IMG/VR virus record: IMGVR_UViG_3300025141_015556
Length of the DNA: 64,000 bases
Strand: one strand, 5' to 3'
Source: a virus
Below the pieces are notes generated by a model. The model did no database searches, was not told the DNA's origin, and was given only the letters and a program-made list of their open reading frames with translations. Position numbers and translations under genes: made by a program. Shown here one piece after another: positions 10,386 through 21,552 of the stretch (position 1 is its first letter; every line of letters begins with the position of its first letter).

Positions 10386-12184
10386 TATTGCACCGATCCT
10401 TTAATGTCTGTATCTGCATATTTAAGTTCAAAAATTACATCGCGCTCTGCTTCAATAAATCGGCCGTCCGGCGATAAGGCCGCCAGCATATCATAGCTCG
10501 TCTCAGAATAATTACCACCAGATTTTTCAACTATATTAACACTCAAGACATCAATAATCCCGGGAACATCTTGTAGTGCCTTATAAATATCGGTTATATA
10601 TATTGGTTCGCCTATATCTCCCGTCTTGGAAAAGTGATCGCGGAGTGCGGCGTTGGCATTGTTTAATGTTGTATATCTGTTAACTTCGCGATCTGACATT
10701 ATCATATACTCTATTCCAAAATTCACTATTTTTGCATCTAGGATATCGATTGTATCGTTGACCATCTTGTATTGTGAAAGCCATGTTTTTAAATTTATCT
10801 TTAAAGTACCGTTAGAGGTAATAAGCTTCCCAGTAGATACATCTTCAGAAACAATATACAAATTCAAATTTCTCTTAAATTCACTAAAATCTCTTGCCGG
10901 CTGACATCGTTTAATTGAACCAAAACTTGCAGGCATCGAATATGTAAGCACTTTATAATCTTCGATTGTTACTGCTCGATTTTGTGCCGCAAAGTGAGAT
11001 ATAACCCTTTGTCTAACTTCTTCTGAAGATGGCAGACTTATATCACCAATCATCGGAGTCTCGTTTGTCAATTCTAAAGAGTTTTCTACGGTTGATCTAT
11101 TTGCGTTGCTAAGTGCGCCAGCATTAGTAAATTTAAAATTCGCATTTGAAACTTCAGTAACGGCATTAACGGCAGCATTAACGTCTTGAACCGTATTAAT
11201 TCTATATACAATCGTTAATGTAGTATTGGCCGGAGCTATACCAAATTTATCTGAGTTGATTAATTTAGTTGGATCGAACTCTTTGTCCGTAATATAATCG
11301 CGACCATGTAGCTGCAATATCACCTCGGACGGATCTGCAATCGATTTAGACAACAGCTCAGAATCAGACCCATACCCAAACTGTAAAAAGGTTCTGTCGC
11401 CTTCATATTCAACCGTATATCTTCGAGCAACTGGAACAGCCTTTAATATAGAAGGACTATTTCCTCTATCATTGTTATTGTTCTGTATGGCCTTATATAC
11501 TATATTTTGAGAAAGATTGTTTACTTCAAAATATTCATGGCCCTCGGAATCCTCTACAGAAATAATCTCCGCTACTTTATCGGTAGGAAGTTGAAGTTTA
11601 AAAAATCTCTGGAAGTCGGCAACATCAACCTCTGTGGTGCTTAGTCGTCCAGATACAACGGTGCCTTGAGCTCTAATAACCCATGTTTTAGGCTGATTCG
11701 TACTGCTGTTAATGGCGCCGGCGACGACTAAATTATTAATATTAGAAAAATTAACATCCTCTAAAAGCGTGTAGGTGCCGCCGCCAATAGAAGAAAAAGT
11801 AGATCCCGCTTTTAAAGTCGGAGCATAATTTAAATCTGGTGTGCCTCCTACGGCCAATGTGGTGGGCACTTCAATATAAAAAGTTAAGATTCCATACGAA
11901 GATGGGCTTGGACTAATTTTAAATCCAAATTGCTTTGCCAATCTTATAACATTATTATATTCAATCGCACTGTCTAAAAAGCTTTCATTTGCTTGATAGT
12001 CTAAATAAAAAGATAGAACGTCTCCAACATAAGAAACCGCATCCAGCATTAACGAGCCAAAACTGGCCTCATTAAAGTCTTTGTAAGTGTTCGGATAATA
12101 TCTTTTTGCATAATTTTCTAGATCGCGACGAATTGAATCAAATTCGCGACTTGTGTAATTTATTGGTTGTAGTTTTTTTGGCAT
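10385..12184 (-). CDS. Baseplate wedge protein (T4 gp6 / baseplate J-like)
   Basis: INYTSREFDSIRRDL...YKDFNEASFGSLMLDAVSYVGDVLSFYLDYQANESFLDSA and AQNRAVTIEDY are typical gp6-family motifs. Confidence 0.9.
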   Translation of the reverse strand: MPKKLQPINYTSREFDSIRRDLENYAKRYYPNTYKDFNEASFGSLMLDAVSYVGDVLSFYLDYQANESFLDSAIEYNNVIRLAKQFGFKISPSPSSYGILTFYIEVPTTLAVGGTPDLNYAPTLKAGSTFSSIGGGTYTLLEDVNFSNINNLVVAGAINSSTNQPKTWVIRAQGTVVSGRLSTTEVDVADFQRFFKLQLPTDKVAEIISVEDSEGHEYFEVNNLSQNIVYKAIQNNNNDRGNSPSILKAVPVARRYTVEYEGDRTFLQFGYGSDSELLSKSIADPSEVILQLHGRDYITDKEFDPTKLINSDKFGIAPANTTLTIVYRINTVQDVNAAVNAVTEVSNANFKFTNAGALSNANRSTVENSLELTNETPMIGDISLPSSEEVRQRVISHFAAQNRAVTIEDYKVLTYSMPASFGSIKRCQPARDFSEFKRNLNLYIVSEDVSTGKLITSNGTLKINLKTWLSQYKMVNDTIDILDAKIVNFGIEYMIMSDREVNRYTTLNNANAALRDHFSKTGDIGEPIYITDIYKALQDVPGIIDVLSVNIVEKSGGNYSETSYDMLAALSPDGRFIEAERDVIFELKYADTDIKGSVQ

Positions 12185-12212
12185 TTGAATAAACTCTAAA
12201 TATTCTGATTAA

Positions 12213-12617
12213 TTAGGTTCCCGATTCACTTATTTGTAAAAATGTTGCTATCTGTAAAGGCAAAATAGTAAAGAATATTGTCATAGATATAAATGATGGA
12301 TCAAAGCCTTCGCCGACAGAGGCAGGGTTAAATTCTATATCATCTACGGCTATATAGGGTAAGTATTCTCCCACTTGACTGTGTATTCTCTCTGTTATAT
12401 CGGAGTATGTCATGACGGTATTTGGCTGAAATAAATACCCTCTTAGGCCCACCCCAAAGCGCGGCCTCATAATGCGTTCCCCGGGATTAGTCAGCAGAAG
12501 CATCTTAAGATTTTGTTTTGCTAAATCTTCAAAGGTTGTGTTTAAATTATAAGCTCCAAAGGTAGGATCAACCGTTAATGGCAGCGCTACTGATAATCCT
12601 TCATTATTTGTTGGCAT
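12213..12617 (-). CDS. Baseplate wedge / sheath initiator, gp25 (GPW_gp25) family
   Basis: KQNLKMLLLTNPGERIMRPRFGVGLRGYLF motif; 134 aa; adjacent to the gp6-like gene. Confidence 0.9.
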   Translation of the reverse strand: MPTNNEGLSVALPLTVDPTFGAYNLNTTFEDLAKQNLKMLLLTNPGERIMRPRFGVGLRGYLFQPNTVMTYSDITERIHSQVGEYLPYIAVDDIEFNPASVGEGFDPSFISMTIFFTILPLQIATFLQISESGT

Positions 12618-12670
12618 GTGTCTTTTCCTTGTTTAAAATAAATAGGTATTAAAATACGTTTTATTCGGTA

Positions 12671-15600
12671 CTAATTTCCCGTACCTAATCCCCCACCGCT
12701 CAGGTACACTGGCTCTTCCTCTTCGGCGGCAGGTTCGTCTTCTGTGTGCGTTGGCCCCTCGTCTATACAACTGGCATCTTCTTCGGTCGGCTCATTATCG
12801 ACTATACCGCCTTCCATATTGTACTCTGGTATCAAATTCAGCAATAAATAAATAATACCGAAGGGCCCTGGTGGCGGGAAGAACAGGGCGGGTAATGTGC
12901 CGGTAAAATCAATCCCATTAATCCCAAAGTGGGGAAACAATCCAGGCGGCGCGGGGGGCTTCAAGCCACCCGGCTCAGCACAATTTTCCAGTCTATCCTC
13001 TGGAGATTCTCCATTCCACGGCGCCTTATCGAGGTCGACACCAATGCCGCGCAGCTTTCTATTTAATTGACAGAATAGTAGAAGAATAAGAGATCTAGCA
13101 TCTATGGTTACTGCGGAGAGGGGTGGAGGAAGCGTCGCCATCGCAGTATCAATAGCATCTATGAGTTGCATCAAAACTTGACCTGTGATATCTCTGACTA
13201 TTTTCCAAATAGCCACATGAGGATCCAGGATCTCTGCCAAGCCCTTAACGATACGAATTGGTGTCATACGTAGCGCATTGAGTATAAAGCCCTGTGCGTT
13301 AAACCCACGGGCCTTCGATCCAGCCATGGCACCCTGTAAGTAATCAATGGTTATTGGCCCTTCGCTTGGTCGCAATCCGGCGTCTGGTGAACAAACTGCA
13401 GTAGCAAATATATTGGCAGCCGTATCCATTGGATCACTAAAGGCTCTAGAGATCTGATTAGAAAATTTCTGTTCTGTTAACAAAAAGGAATTCATCAACA
13501 CTGATGTAAGTACTTGTTGTCTATCGAACACTTTAGTAAAAAACGTTTGAAATATTGGGGAATCTTTAACATTTTGTACATGGTTTACCCCTTGCAATTG
13601 CATTATATACCCCACGTTTCCTTGGATAGCGGTGTAGCCCGGGGGGGGCCCACTACCGCCCGGGCCGCCGGGAATAGACATAGGGTCGCCGCAAGGATCA
13701 AGCATCGTGCCGCCGCTGGAGGAGCCCTTAGATAAGAGATCGGCCATCGCCTGATCCAGAATCTCGAGATCGCCCAACATCGCGTCTCCTAAGCATTGGG
13801 TACCACACTCAAATAAAGGAATCCCAACTGTTTTAAAATTATCCAGGGGGGCGACATCCTGTTCATTGCCTCGGCCGGTGGTATCGCTCAGTGCTAAATA
13901 TGCCTCTTCAAAATTCAAAATAGAATTAAGTCTATTTACATTTATGTCATCGAACTCTGTCATCGACTCCATTCGTTGCAAATGAAACACAGTATCATAT
14001 AGTGGCCATAACAGGTTATTTTTCGGATCCCCCCAGCCCCCTATTCCAAAGCCTTCGTGCGATGTGGAATCCTCAAAAGGCGGATAATAAACAAGTTTAT
14101 AAGTTAGTCGTAAATTTATTAATTGAATTGTGGAGTTCCACACACCGAGGAAGTTGGAATCCCCATCTAGCCATCTAATCATTTTTTCTAAAGACATACT
14201 TGTCTGATATTTTGGACCAGAATTGGTTTGATAGGCTGCATCCGGATGAGGATTATTTGTAGCGGTTAGTCGCACTTCGCTTTGAATGTTCTGATAATCG
14301 TCGCTGCCGGCATGTGATGAGCCAGGGTAGGGCGAGTCGACCGCAGCGATCGCGATTTGGTCGACCCAATGATATAAATATGGAACCGGATCCTCTTCTC
14401 CGGTGGTCTTATCGATAAATCTAACTTGATCCCATCTCATAATCTTTTCAAGCTTAAACCCGCCATACCCCATTAAATCAATATTTTTTTCTAGCTCTGG
14501 ATGTATTGCAAGGTGAAGATCCTGGGGCAATCTGGATATATTGTCAACGCCAGCAATAAAAGGTTCAGAAAAGCCTATAACATCCTCAATGAAAACCTCT
14601 TCTACTGACTTAGTGGCATTTTTGGAAATTATATTTTGCATAGCCATGGCAGAATCTAATATTCTCTGTATCAAAATATATCTAACGGAATTACCCTCCT
14701 CCAAGAGTTCGGCTTCATGGCCCGGACCTATTCCCAAAACCTCTAATATGCGGGGATCAAAATTCCGATCCGGGCGATTATATTTTCTTGCTATATAGTT
14801 ATTGGCAACGTTTGTAAAAACAGTTTCAAATGGGCTGTATTCTGGTCCGAATTGTCCTTCAAGCGCTCTGGGTATATTAATACGAAGTGAAGGATCCTGT
14901 ATATATGTTTTAAAATTTCTATATATGGAGTTCAACACCTGATCTACAACCGCCGGATTTTGCCACAAATCCTCAAGTTTAAACGCAGACAATATAAAAA
15001 CATTTTTAAGAAAGAACTGAGCAATAAATAATTGCATAAGGATCAGAACGGAAGCATACTGAACACAATTTAATACAACTTTACGCTGCGGAGTACTGTC
15101 AGAACAGCTCCCCTCATCATATTCTTGTTGTACTCTCTTTATTATTCCATTAAGGTCCATAAGATCGCCAATTTTTTGAGGATCATTTTGGCACTCTGAA
15201 TTATCTTTTACAAAAACAGCCTTCAACAATTTTGCAGCGGTAAATGTTCCATTTTCTAAACAATAGTTAGTCAATTGTTTTACTAGGCCGGCCTGGGCTG
15301 AATAGTAATATTGATTTTGAAGAGCATTATAGTATTTATTCGAAGCCGCATTCGCATCTACGGTATCGACTGCGAGGCCGGCCGTTGAGTCCTGGGATCC
15401 GCCCGTCTGGCTCCAGCCAGCAGTCTCAAGTACAGAATAGTCTTTCAAAAACGAATTGAGAGAATTATAGGCCAAACTAGCAAACGCCCCGGCGCCCGGG
15501 TTCGCATTAATATTCTCCCAGCTGCGTCCGAGCCCCGTATCAAAGGCGGCGGGGCCAAAAACGTCAAGAAACTCTGTTTTGCTGTATAGTTGTCCATTGC

Positions 15601-18600
15601 TGGTTACAGCCGGATCGAAATGTCTACCGCCGGTAAAAGAAGTGGTGGTAATGTATTTCTCAGCCGGAAGAGCATTATTAATTGTATCATTAGAAAGGTG
15701 CTGAATAGTTTGATAGGCGGTGCTCGCGGGAGTGCTGGGCGCTCCTAAAGTATATTGCGTAATGCTGCTTGTTGGCGCGCCGGCCGGGGTGACCGCGGAC
15801 CCGGCGCCCATGGATGTGCCTGGTGGCGCTGAAGAACCTTGAAGAGGTACCTCGTCGGCAAGAGTCATTACCGTGCTCATGTTTTTGGACGACGGAAGCG
15901 CGGGCGGCGGCGGATTATCGATCAAGTCGAATTTAGTAGAGTATACATCCCACGATTCGGGACCAGTGGCTTGCGAGAAAGCGACGGTTTTAGAGAATGT
16001 CGGAAACCATTGGAAAGTTTTCTTCGAGTCGAGTTCGAAGAACGGTCTGAGAGTAGCCATGGACGGCATGAATTCATCCACTCCCGTGCGGACAGACCGC
16101 GGAAACCTATAAGAAACGCTTGGAAGAGGTTTTGTATGATCAAGGTTGGTGAGATCTTCTCCCAGTTGTGTTAATGCCGAAGCATCAAAATTTTCAAATA
16201 CCGCGGCCAGTGCATCAAGAACTGCTCGCAAGTTTTCAACACCTCCAAAAACATCCTGAATGTCGGGACATGGGAATTGGGCTTGGGCCGACTCGGGGTT
16301 TTGAAAAAACTCGTTTATATTGTCTTCTAAATTCCCTGCCTGGTCGCTGACCGAGTTGATGCCATTCATCATATCTTCGAAGGCCTCACTAATATCGTCC
16401 ATAAGAGGCCCAGGATCCGGTGGGTCGGCCTCCTCGAACTGCCCCTGGCCCTCCAGGCCGGCGGCGCACATGGCTATGTTCTTATTTTGACCCATCACCG
16501 GCTCTAATAAAATTGATTTTGTTGCTTCGGCTGCAAAATAAAGCGGGCCGGCTACAGCCTCCACCAAAGTACTAATAAGTTGTGGAATTGAATGATCTAC
16601 TAGTGGGTTGGGAATATAATTCGGCTTTATGGGGCAAGTCAAATTAATATCGGGTATCGGTATTTCAAGCCCATTTTCTAACATATCCAGAAGATTATCA
16701 ATATTTTCTCTGTCAACGCTGTTTAGTACCTGTTCCTCTGTCAAACAAAGATCATCTAACCTTGGAGCTATACCATCTAAAACCTCTTCACACATGGAGG
16801 ACGTATCTATAAGATTGCCCAAGCAACTGAAGAAAGTGCCAACTAGTGAAGTGGAATTTAAGCTGTACCTGATTTGGTTCTCTGCATACAAGGCACTAAA
16901 ATTTGTCACCTCGTTTAATACTAGGGAAGTGGCGGTACCCTTTAGAAGCTGACACAACTCAGAGGGCCTTAATATTCCTGAAACATCAGAAAGATATTTC
17001 ATGCCCACATCTTGCGAAATTAAAAAGTCTGAAAAACAAGCAGCCGACCCTACGGGTTGTCCCAGTAGACTTGGTTCATTGAGTCTAGGATCTTTCGCTT
17101 TAAACATATTGGCTAAATTTAATTGCCCATAGTCGCCCGAGCCGGCCAGATCTTTTTCGGCGCATGCTTCTCTTATAAGTTCAACTATGCCCATCACCAA
17201 GCCTTTAACTATGCCCAATAACACGTCAATTAGCATTTTTCGTATCATTTCATGTATGTTTCCGTCAATAGAAAAAAAGCTTAAATCAATTTCTAATGTG
17301 GGCATTTTAGGCACTTTTGGTTTTCTTGGTTTTTCAAAAAAGTTTTCTGCATTTGATATAAAATCTTTTATATCCGATCTTATATCATTAAATTGAAAAG
17401 TAGAATTAAATATTAAACATCGAAGAGCCTCTTTTATGAGCATGTCGAGACCCGTCTTATTGAGCACCTCTTTAAAAATTTGCATACCCTCGGAATTTTG
17501 AAATTCCCTCATCTTATTCATTACTTTTTTAACAGCATCTTCAACATCTTTTTCCGTACGTTCCAACTCGGTACTTAAAATAAATTCTTGATTTGTGGGG
17601 TCATGGAGAACGGCCGTCCGGGCTCGCAGTTGGGGGAAAGTTAGATGTAAGGTTTTAGTTCCCGCGGGGATTTTTGCAATAGTGCCGTCACCTAAAACGG
17701 CGCTCATGCCCTCCTCTGGGATATCAACCGCCTGGGCAAGTCCGTAGCTGGCCAAAGTTTCTAACACCTCTCCGGCTGGGGCGGTATGCGATGGGCCACA
17801 ATATAATATGTGATATGTTCGCATTACAGAGTTGGCAATTCTGTTTATAAAAAATTGAAATTTTCTAGAGGGAGACTCCGAGTTTAAACCTCTTGATATA
17901 GACAACATGTCTCCCCACCTGTTTAAATAAACCATAGTCTGGAAATTTGTAAACGGTTCCGAATCCAGCGCTGATAAATAACCAACTACTACTTGCCTGT
18001 GGATACCGGTTCTAGACATAAGCATGCTTATAATTTGATACCGATCATTAAATATTATCTGGATGTCGTCTTCGGGTGTTGGGTTTTCAAGCCCATTCAA
18101 AGACAATAGATTTCCTAACGACGAAATCGTTTCAGAAAGTCTCAGCGACTCCTGTTCAAGATTCATTCCGGGTGTTATTTGACCATCAAATTCTTTAATT
18201 TGAGTGTCGTACATGCCCATAAGTTGGTTTATTGTTTGCAACTCTGAATCAACAGCCGACCAGTTTAAAATCAGTGCGGAGGGGGTGTTGCCGGGGGCGC
18301 TCAAGACAATTTGGCGAGATTCATTCCAATAATCCAGCGCATACGAAAAATTAGGAAAGTAGGGGAAAGAAGTAAATTCAAGAGTAGTCACCTTTTCGCC
18401 CAAATGTCTTTCCCGCAGAGTCAAAGTATCGTCGGGGCAAATTTTTGTAAGAGGAAGAGACTCTAAGAAGTTGGGGTCTAAAAATTGTGCAAGCTCGTCT
18501 CTTCTTATCCAAGACGGATTCTGGAAAATGGGATTATCAATAGATCGATTGGCGAGAGCCATTGTTTCGCTCATTCCAACATATACTTTATAGGTACTTC

Positions 18601-18940
18601 CGGGGCGCCCCCCTTTTCTATATTCTTTAACATGGAGCGCGCTTCTAATAATACTGAATATTGTGGCGGCATTACTGATAGATGCAGAAATCAACTCAGA
18701 AGGTAGCCCGGATGCTGCTTGAGAAAAGGCGCTAGGATCGATATATGGAAACCACAACTCAGGAAAATAAAATTTAAGGAATTCAACGGTAGCCAGATCA
18801 GTTAAAACATCAGTACGGCCGGTAACTTCAATTTCTTCTGCATAATCAGTTAATAGAACAATATTGTTTATACCATTGTTTACTAACGGCAAATTTATCT
18901 CTTTATAAAACCAATCTGTTGTAATGTTTGTGTTTGGCAT
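12671..18940 (-). CDS. Very large (2,089 aa) virion-associated protein of unknown function
   Basis: Uninterrupted ORF within the baseplate module; acidic, largely helical, scattered Cys; hydrophobic Pro-rich C-terminal segment (FFPPPGPFGIIYLLLNL). Confidence 0.6.
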   Translation of the reverse strand: MPNTNITTDWFYKEINLPLVNNGINNIVLLTDYAEEIEVTGRTDVLTDLATVEFLKFYFPELWFPYIDPSAFSQAASGLPSELISASISNAATIFSIIRSALHVKEYRKGGRPGSTYKVYVGMSETMALANRSIDNPIFQNPSWIRRDELAQFLDPNFLESLPLTKICPDDTLTLRERHLGEKVTTLEFTSFPYFPNFSYALDYWNESRQIVLSAPGNTPSALILNWSAVDSELQTINQLMGMYDTQIKEFDGQITPGMNLEQESLRLSETISSLGNLLSLNGLENPTPEDDIQIIFNDRYQIISMLMSRTGIHRQVVVGYLSALDSEPFTNFQTMVYLNRWGDMLSISRGLNSESPSRKFQFFINRIANSVMRTYHILYCGPSHTAPAGEVLETLASYGLAQAVDIPEEGMSAVLGDGTIAKIPAGTKTLHLTFPQLRARTAVLHDPTNQEFILSTELERTEKDVEDAVKKVMNKMREFQNSEGMQIFKEVLNKTGLDMLIKEALRCLIFNSTFQFNDIRSDIKDFISNAENFFEKPRKPKVPKMPTLEIDLSFFSIDGNIHEMIRKMLIDVLLGIVKGLVMGIVELIREACAEKDLAGSGDYGQLNLANMFKAKDPRLNEPSLLGQPVGSAACFSDFLISQDVGMKYLSDVSGILRPSELCQLLKGTATSLVLNEVTNFSALYAENQIRYSLNSTSLVGTFFSCLGNLIDTSSMCEEVLDGIAPRLDDLCLTEEQVLNSVDRENIDNLLDMLENGLEIPIPDINLTCPIKPNYIPNPLVDHSIPQLISTLVEAVAGPLYFAAEATKSILLEPVMGQNKNIAMCAAGLEGQGQFEEADPPDPGPLMDDISEAFEDMMNGINSVSDQAGNLEDNINEFFQNPESAQAQFPCPDIQDVFGGVENLRAVLDALAAVFENFDASALTQLGEDLTNLDHTKPLPSVSYRFPRSVRTGVDEFMPSMATLRPFFELDSKKTFQWFPTFSKTVAFSQATGPESWDVYSTKFDLIDNPPPPALPSSKNMSTVMTLADEVPLQGSSAPPGTSMGAGSAVTPAGAPTSSITQYTLGAPSTPASTAYQTIQHLSNDTINNALPAEKYITTTSFTGGRHFDPAVTSNGQLYSKTEFLDVFGPAAFDTGLGRSWENINANPGAGAFASLAYNSLNSFLKDYSVLETAGWSQTGGSQDSTAGLAVDTVDANAASNKYYNALQNQYYYSAQAGLVKQLTNYCLENGTFTAAKLLKAVFVKDNSECQNDPQKIGDLMDLNGIIKRVQQEYDEGSCSDSTPQRKVVLNCVQYASVLILMQLFIAQFFLKNVFILSAFKLEDLWQNPAVVDQVLNSIYRNFKTYIQDPSLRINIPRALEGQFGPEYSPFETVFTNVANNYIARKYNRPDRNFDPRILEVLGIGPGHEAELLEEGNSVRYILIQRILDSAMAMQNIISKNATKSVEEVFIEDVIGFSEPFIAGVDNISRLPQDLHLAIHPELEKNIDLMGYGGFKLEKIMRWDQVRFIDKTTGEEDPVPYLYHWVDQIAIAAVDSPYPGSSHAGSDDYQNIQSEVRLTATNNPHPDAAYQTNSGPKYQTSMSLEKMIRWLDGDSNFLGVWNSTIQLINLRLTYKLVYYPPFEDSTSHEGFGIGGWGDPKNNLLWPLYDTVFHLQRMESMTEFDDINVNRLNSILNFEEAYLALSDTTGRGNEQDVAPLDNFKTVGIPLFECGTQCLGDAMLGDLEILDQAMADLLSKGSSSGGTMLDPCGDPMSIPGGPGGSGPPPGYTAIQGNVGYIMQLQGVNHVQNVKDSPIFQTFFTKVFDRQQVLTSVLMNSFLLTEQKFSNQISRAFSDPMDTAANIFATAVCSPDAGLRPSEGPITIDYLQGAMAGSKARGFNAQGFILNALRMTPIRIVKGLAEILDPHVAIWKIVRDITGQVLMQLIDAIDTAMATLPPPLSAVTIDARSLILLLFCQLNRKLRGIGVDLDKAPWNGESPEDRLENCAEPGGLKPPAPPGLFPHFGINGIDFTGTLPALFFPPPGPFGIIYLLLNLIPEYNMEGGIVDNEPTEEDASCIDEGPTHTEDEPAAEEEEPVYLSGGGLGTGN

Positions 18941-18946
18941 GATATA

Positions 18947-19954
18947 TTAATTGGTGTTATTCCACTTGCTGTTTATATATTTTGGTCCCGAGGGCTCCAG
19001 CCGATCTGCTCGCGTCATTTCAAGAGTAACTTTGTTTTGAGTAACTCCAACTGTTACATTGGTTAAAACATCAATCATATTTTTAACTCCCATAGCTGTT
19101 AAAGGAGGAGAAGGGCTTGAAATCAATCCCGGCCAATTGCTGTGGTGTTGGTGGTTCATTACAACTGAATTAAAATTTTGTTGATATGTGGAAAAAGTGT
19201 CGATAAACTTTCTCAAATTGATAAGTTCCTCAAAAATACGCTTTAAAGTGTCTACCAGATTATCTCCCTTTACAAGCGGCTGTAGGGAGTTTGTATTATC
19301 AAATTTAGGTTCTGAGCAAATGTTGCCGGCAATTAAATCAATTCCGGCATAATGACCCTCTATCTTGCCCCCTTGAGAGTTGTGCGTGTCCCCGCCGCTA
19401 ATCAATTTAATGCCCTGGCGACCTATAACACGAATGGCGTCGGCTTTTATCGCCACACAGGACTGCGCCTCGTCGAATTTAGTATTGCCCACTTTACCGG
19501 CCGCGAGGCCAAAATATGTGTCGACATCAGATTTTTGTGAGATATAGATTCGGGCGGCGTCTCTTTTAAAGTCTGGATCAATATAAATATTTTCTGTCGT
19601 TTCGTCATCAGGTTTGCCGGGGGCGGCCCAATTTGCCGTTACTGACTTTGCGGCATTAATGCCCATACGCCCAGCAACAATATCTATAGATCCACAATGA
19701 GTGTGGCCTTTGCCCCCATAACCGTGAAGAGGAGTACCATTTCTATCGACACCTAAAATAACAAACGCATTTCCCTTTTGCAAAGAGCCCTTAGTTATGG
19801 GCCCTTCCGCTTCGGTCAAAATAAACCCCGGTACATCGTCATCAAGGCGCTGCTGTCCGGCAATCCCATACCATCGAGAGCGCTCGCCTTCAGGAAGATT
19901 CGCTAGCCAATCTCTCATTCCCGGGGAATATTTAACTGCTTTTTTGGTGCCCAT
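18947..19954 (-). CDS. Putative baseplate central spike protein (gp5/gpV-like C-terminal part)
   Basis: Short beta-strand repeats (IDIVAG, IAIKADAIRVIGRQGIKLISG), LVKGDNL motif and HxH (NHQHH) typical of metal-binding spike tips; module context. Confidence 0.55.
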   Translation of the reverse strand: MGTKKAVKYSPGMRDWLANLPEGERSRWYGIAGQQRLDDDVPGFILTEAEGPITKGSLQKGNAFVILGVDRNGTPLHGYGGKGHTHCGSIDIVAGRMGINAAKSVTANWAAPGKPDDETTENIYIDPDFKRDAARIYISQKSDVDTYFGLAAGKVGNTKFDEAQSCVAIKADAIRVIGRQGIKLISGGDTHNSQGGKIEGHYAGIDLIAGNICSEPKFDNTNSLQPLVKGDNLVDTLKRIFEELINLRKFIDTFSTYQQNFNSVVMNHQHHSNWPGLISSPSPPLTAMGVKNMIDVLTNVTVGVTQNKVTLEMTRADRLEPSGPKYINSKWNNTN

Positions 19955-19963
19955 GCTTGTGTT

Positions 19964-21256
19964 TTATTGTGATTTTCCTAATTCTTCACACCCGGCGACG
20001 GATTTGGAGTCACCAGCTGCCGACGGCACCACATCGGCCTTGTTGTCCTTTAACCACTTAAGTGGTTCCACGCGTACACTGCCGTAGCCCTCGCCCGAGT
20101 ACTTAATGTTCTCCTTGTTCACTGCTTTGCCATTCCCGACGAGGGCTTCGACATCATAGACTTCAAAATGTAGGTGCGGGCCGGTGCTTCCGCCACTAGT
20201 GCCCATAAATCCTATGGGGGTCGCCGCCTTCACGATGGCGTTTTGCTGGGGGAACGCCTTCCTCCACTGGTCTATATTGCTTCCGCGGACGGAGTATCGG
20301 CCGGGGCCGAGGAGATGAGAATAGCGCGTAACTGATTTGCTTTCCTCGTGGTATATGAGAACCGTGTACCCATAACCCCTTTCCCATCCTTTAAAAATCA
20401 CAAGGCCGTCCGAAGCGGCAAGAGCTTCTATGGCGTTACAGGTGCCGGCCTCGGTCTGTTCGCTCAGGAAGCGATTGTCGGACGTCCAGCATTTGGCCTT
20501 GCCCATCGCATCCTTAGTTGGCGCAATATCAATTCCATGGTGTGGTTTTATCTTTCCAGAGCCTTTTGGATCCAGACGCCTTGGGTTCTTGCAGCTCGTA
20601 ATTACCCATCTACTATTGGGAAGATTTAAAGGAAATACCCAGTCCTCAGTGGATACTTTCTGCACCACGTCAATTCGTTGGACATGGTTTCTAGTCCAGT
20701 AGTCGCCTAACTTTTCCGACCCAGCAATTAATAATTTGCGTTTTGTGGTGCGGATCACTACCGGTCTTTTTGTAATATCATTTTGTGCAAATCGTACTTT
20801 TACAATAGTTCCGGGGGCCAAATTTCCAAAATTTTCGCCAATAATAGTGGCAGCGTCTGGATATGTATTAATAATTGCTTGATGAATTCCGGTTACGGTA
20901 ATCGATGTAAGTTTATTAGGGGCTGGTAAATATCCATGAAGCTCGGGTATCATTATTTTATAAGCCCAATAGTCGGTATCCTGCTGCTGGCTCTGGTCGG
21001 CGGTGGCGCGAACTGTTCTTTGTATTTCGTCTGCAACAATAGGATAAGGGCTCTGCGATGATCTTAAAATAATACCATTCCACACTGTTTTACCTCTTGT
21101 AATATTTGGTATATAATAATGTGAAAAAGCTTTTGCTTGAGAAGTTAAGGCAGTCGAGTACTTATTTTGGCCCAAACGCGGCTGGTCGGCCTGCAATTCG
21201 ATCGTGTTGGTCGATCCAAATGTGAGCTGTTCCCACTTTGTTATGGTCGAGGTCAT
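19964..21256 (-). CDS. Baseplate hub-associated protein with a C-terminal M23 family peptidoglycan endopeptidase
   Basis: M23 motifs HHGIDIA, GYGYTVLIYH, YSHL, GTSGGSTGPHLHFEV; OB-fold-like N-terminal half (PGTIVKVRF). Confidence 0.8.
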   Translation of the reverse strand: MTSTITKWEQLTFGSTNTIELQADQPRLGQNKYSTALTSQAKAFSHYYIPNITRGKTVWNGIILRSSQSPYPIVADEIQRTVRATADQSQQQDTDYWAYKIMIPELHGYLPAPNKLTSITVTGIHQAIINTYPDAATIIGENFGNLAPGTIVKVRFAQNDITKRPVVIRTTKRKLLIAGSEKLGDYWTRNHVQRIDVVQKVSTEDWVFPLNLPNSRWVITSCKNPRRLDPKGSGKIKPHHGIDIAPTKDAMGKAKCWTSDNRFLSEQTEAGTCNAIEALAASDGLVIFKGWERGYGYTVLIYHEESKSVTRYSHLLGPGRYSVRGSNIDQWRKAFPQQNAIVKAATPIGFMGTSGGSTGPHLHFEVYDVEALVGNGKAVNKENIKYSGEGYGSVRVEPLKWLKDNKADVVPSAAGDSKSVAGCEELGKSQ

Positions 21257-21552
21257 TATTCCTCTTCCTTGTTTAACATATCATAGAGCTCTTCTTTGTC
21301 AGAATCGCTCAAGGAGGTACTGCCGATTTGCTGTTTTTGAAGCAAGGAAGTTATTTTAACCATTTGTTCATTTGATCTTTGCAGATTTTCTATGTACTTG
21401 GCCGCAACAGAACCCAACTCCCTGCGCGCAGAGTCAGTTTGTTTCATGTCGTTCATAGCGTCCATAAGAAGTGTTTTTGCAAGAGCCCGATCTTCTCTTA
21501 TGTTACGGGTTGCCTCTTCTATATAGCTGTCTAAATTTCGCCCTTTTCCCAT
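21256..21552 (-). CDS. Hypothetical helical phage protein
   Basis: 98-aa ORF coupled to both neighbours. Confidence 0.6.
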   Translation of the reverse strand: MGKGRNLDSYIEEATRNIREDRALAKTLLMDAMNDMKQTDSARRELGSVAAKYIENLQRSNEQMVKITSLLQKQQIGSTSLSDSDKEELYDMLNKEEE

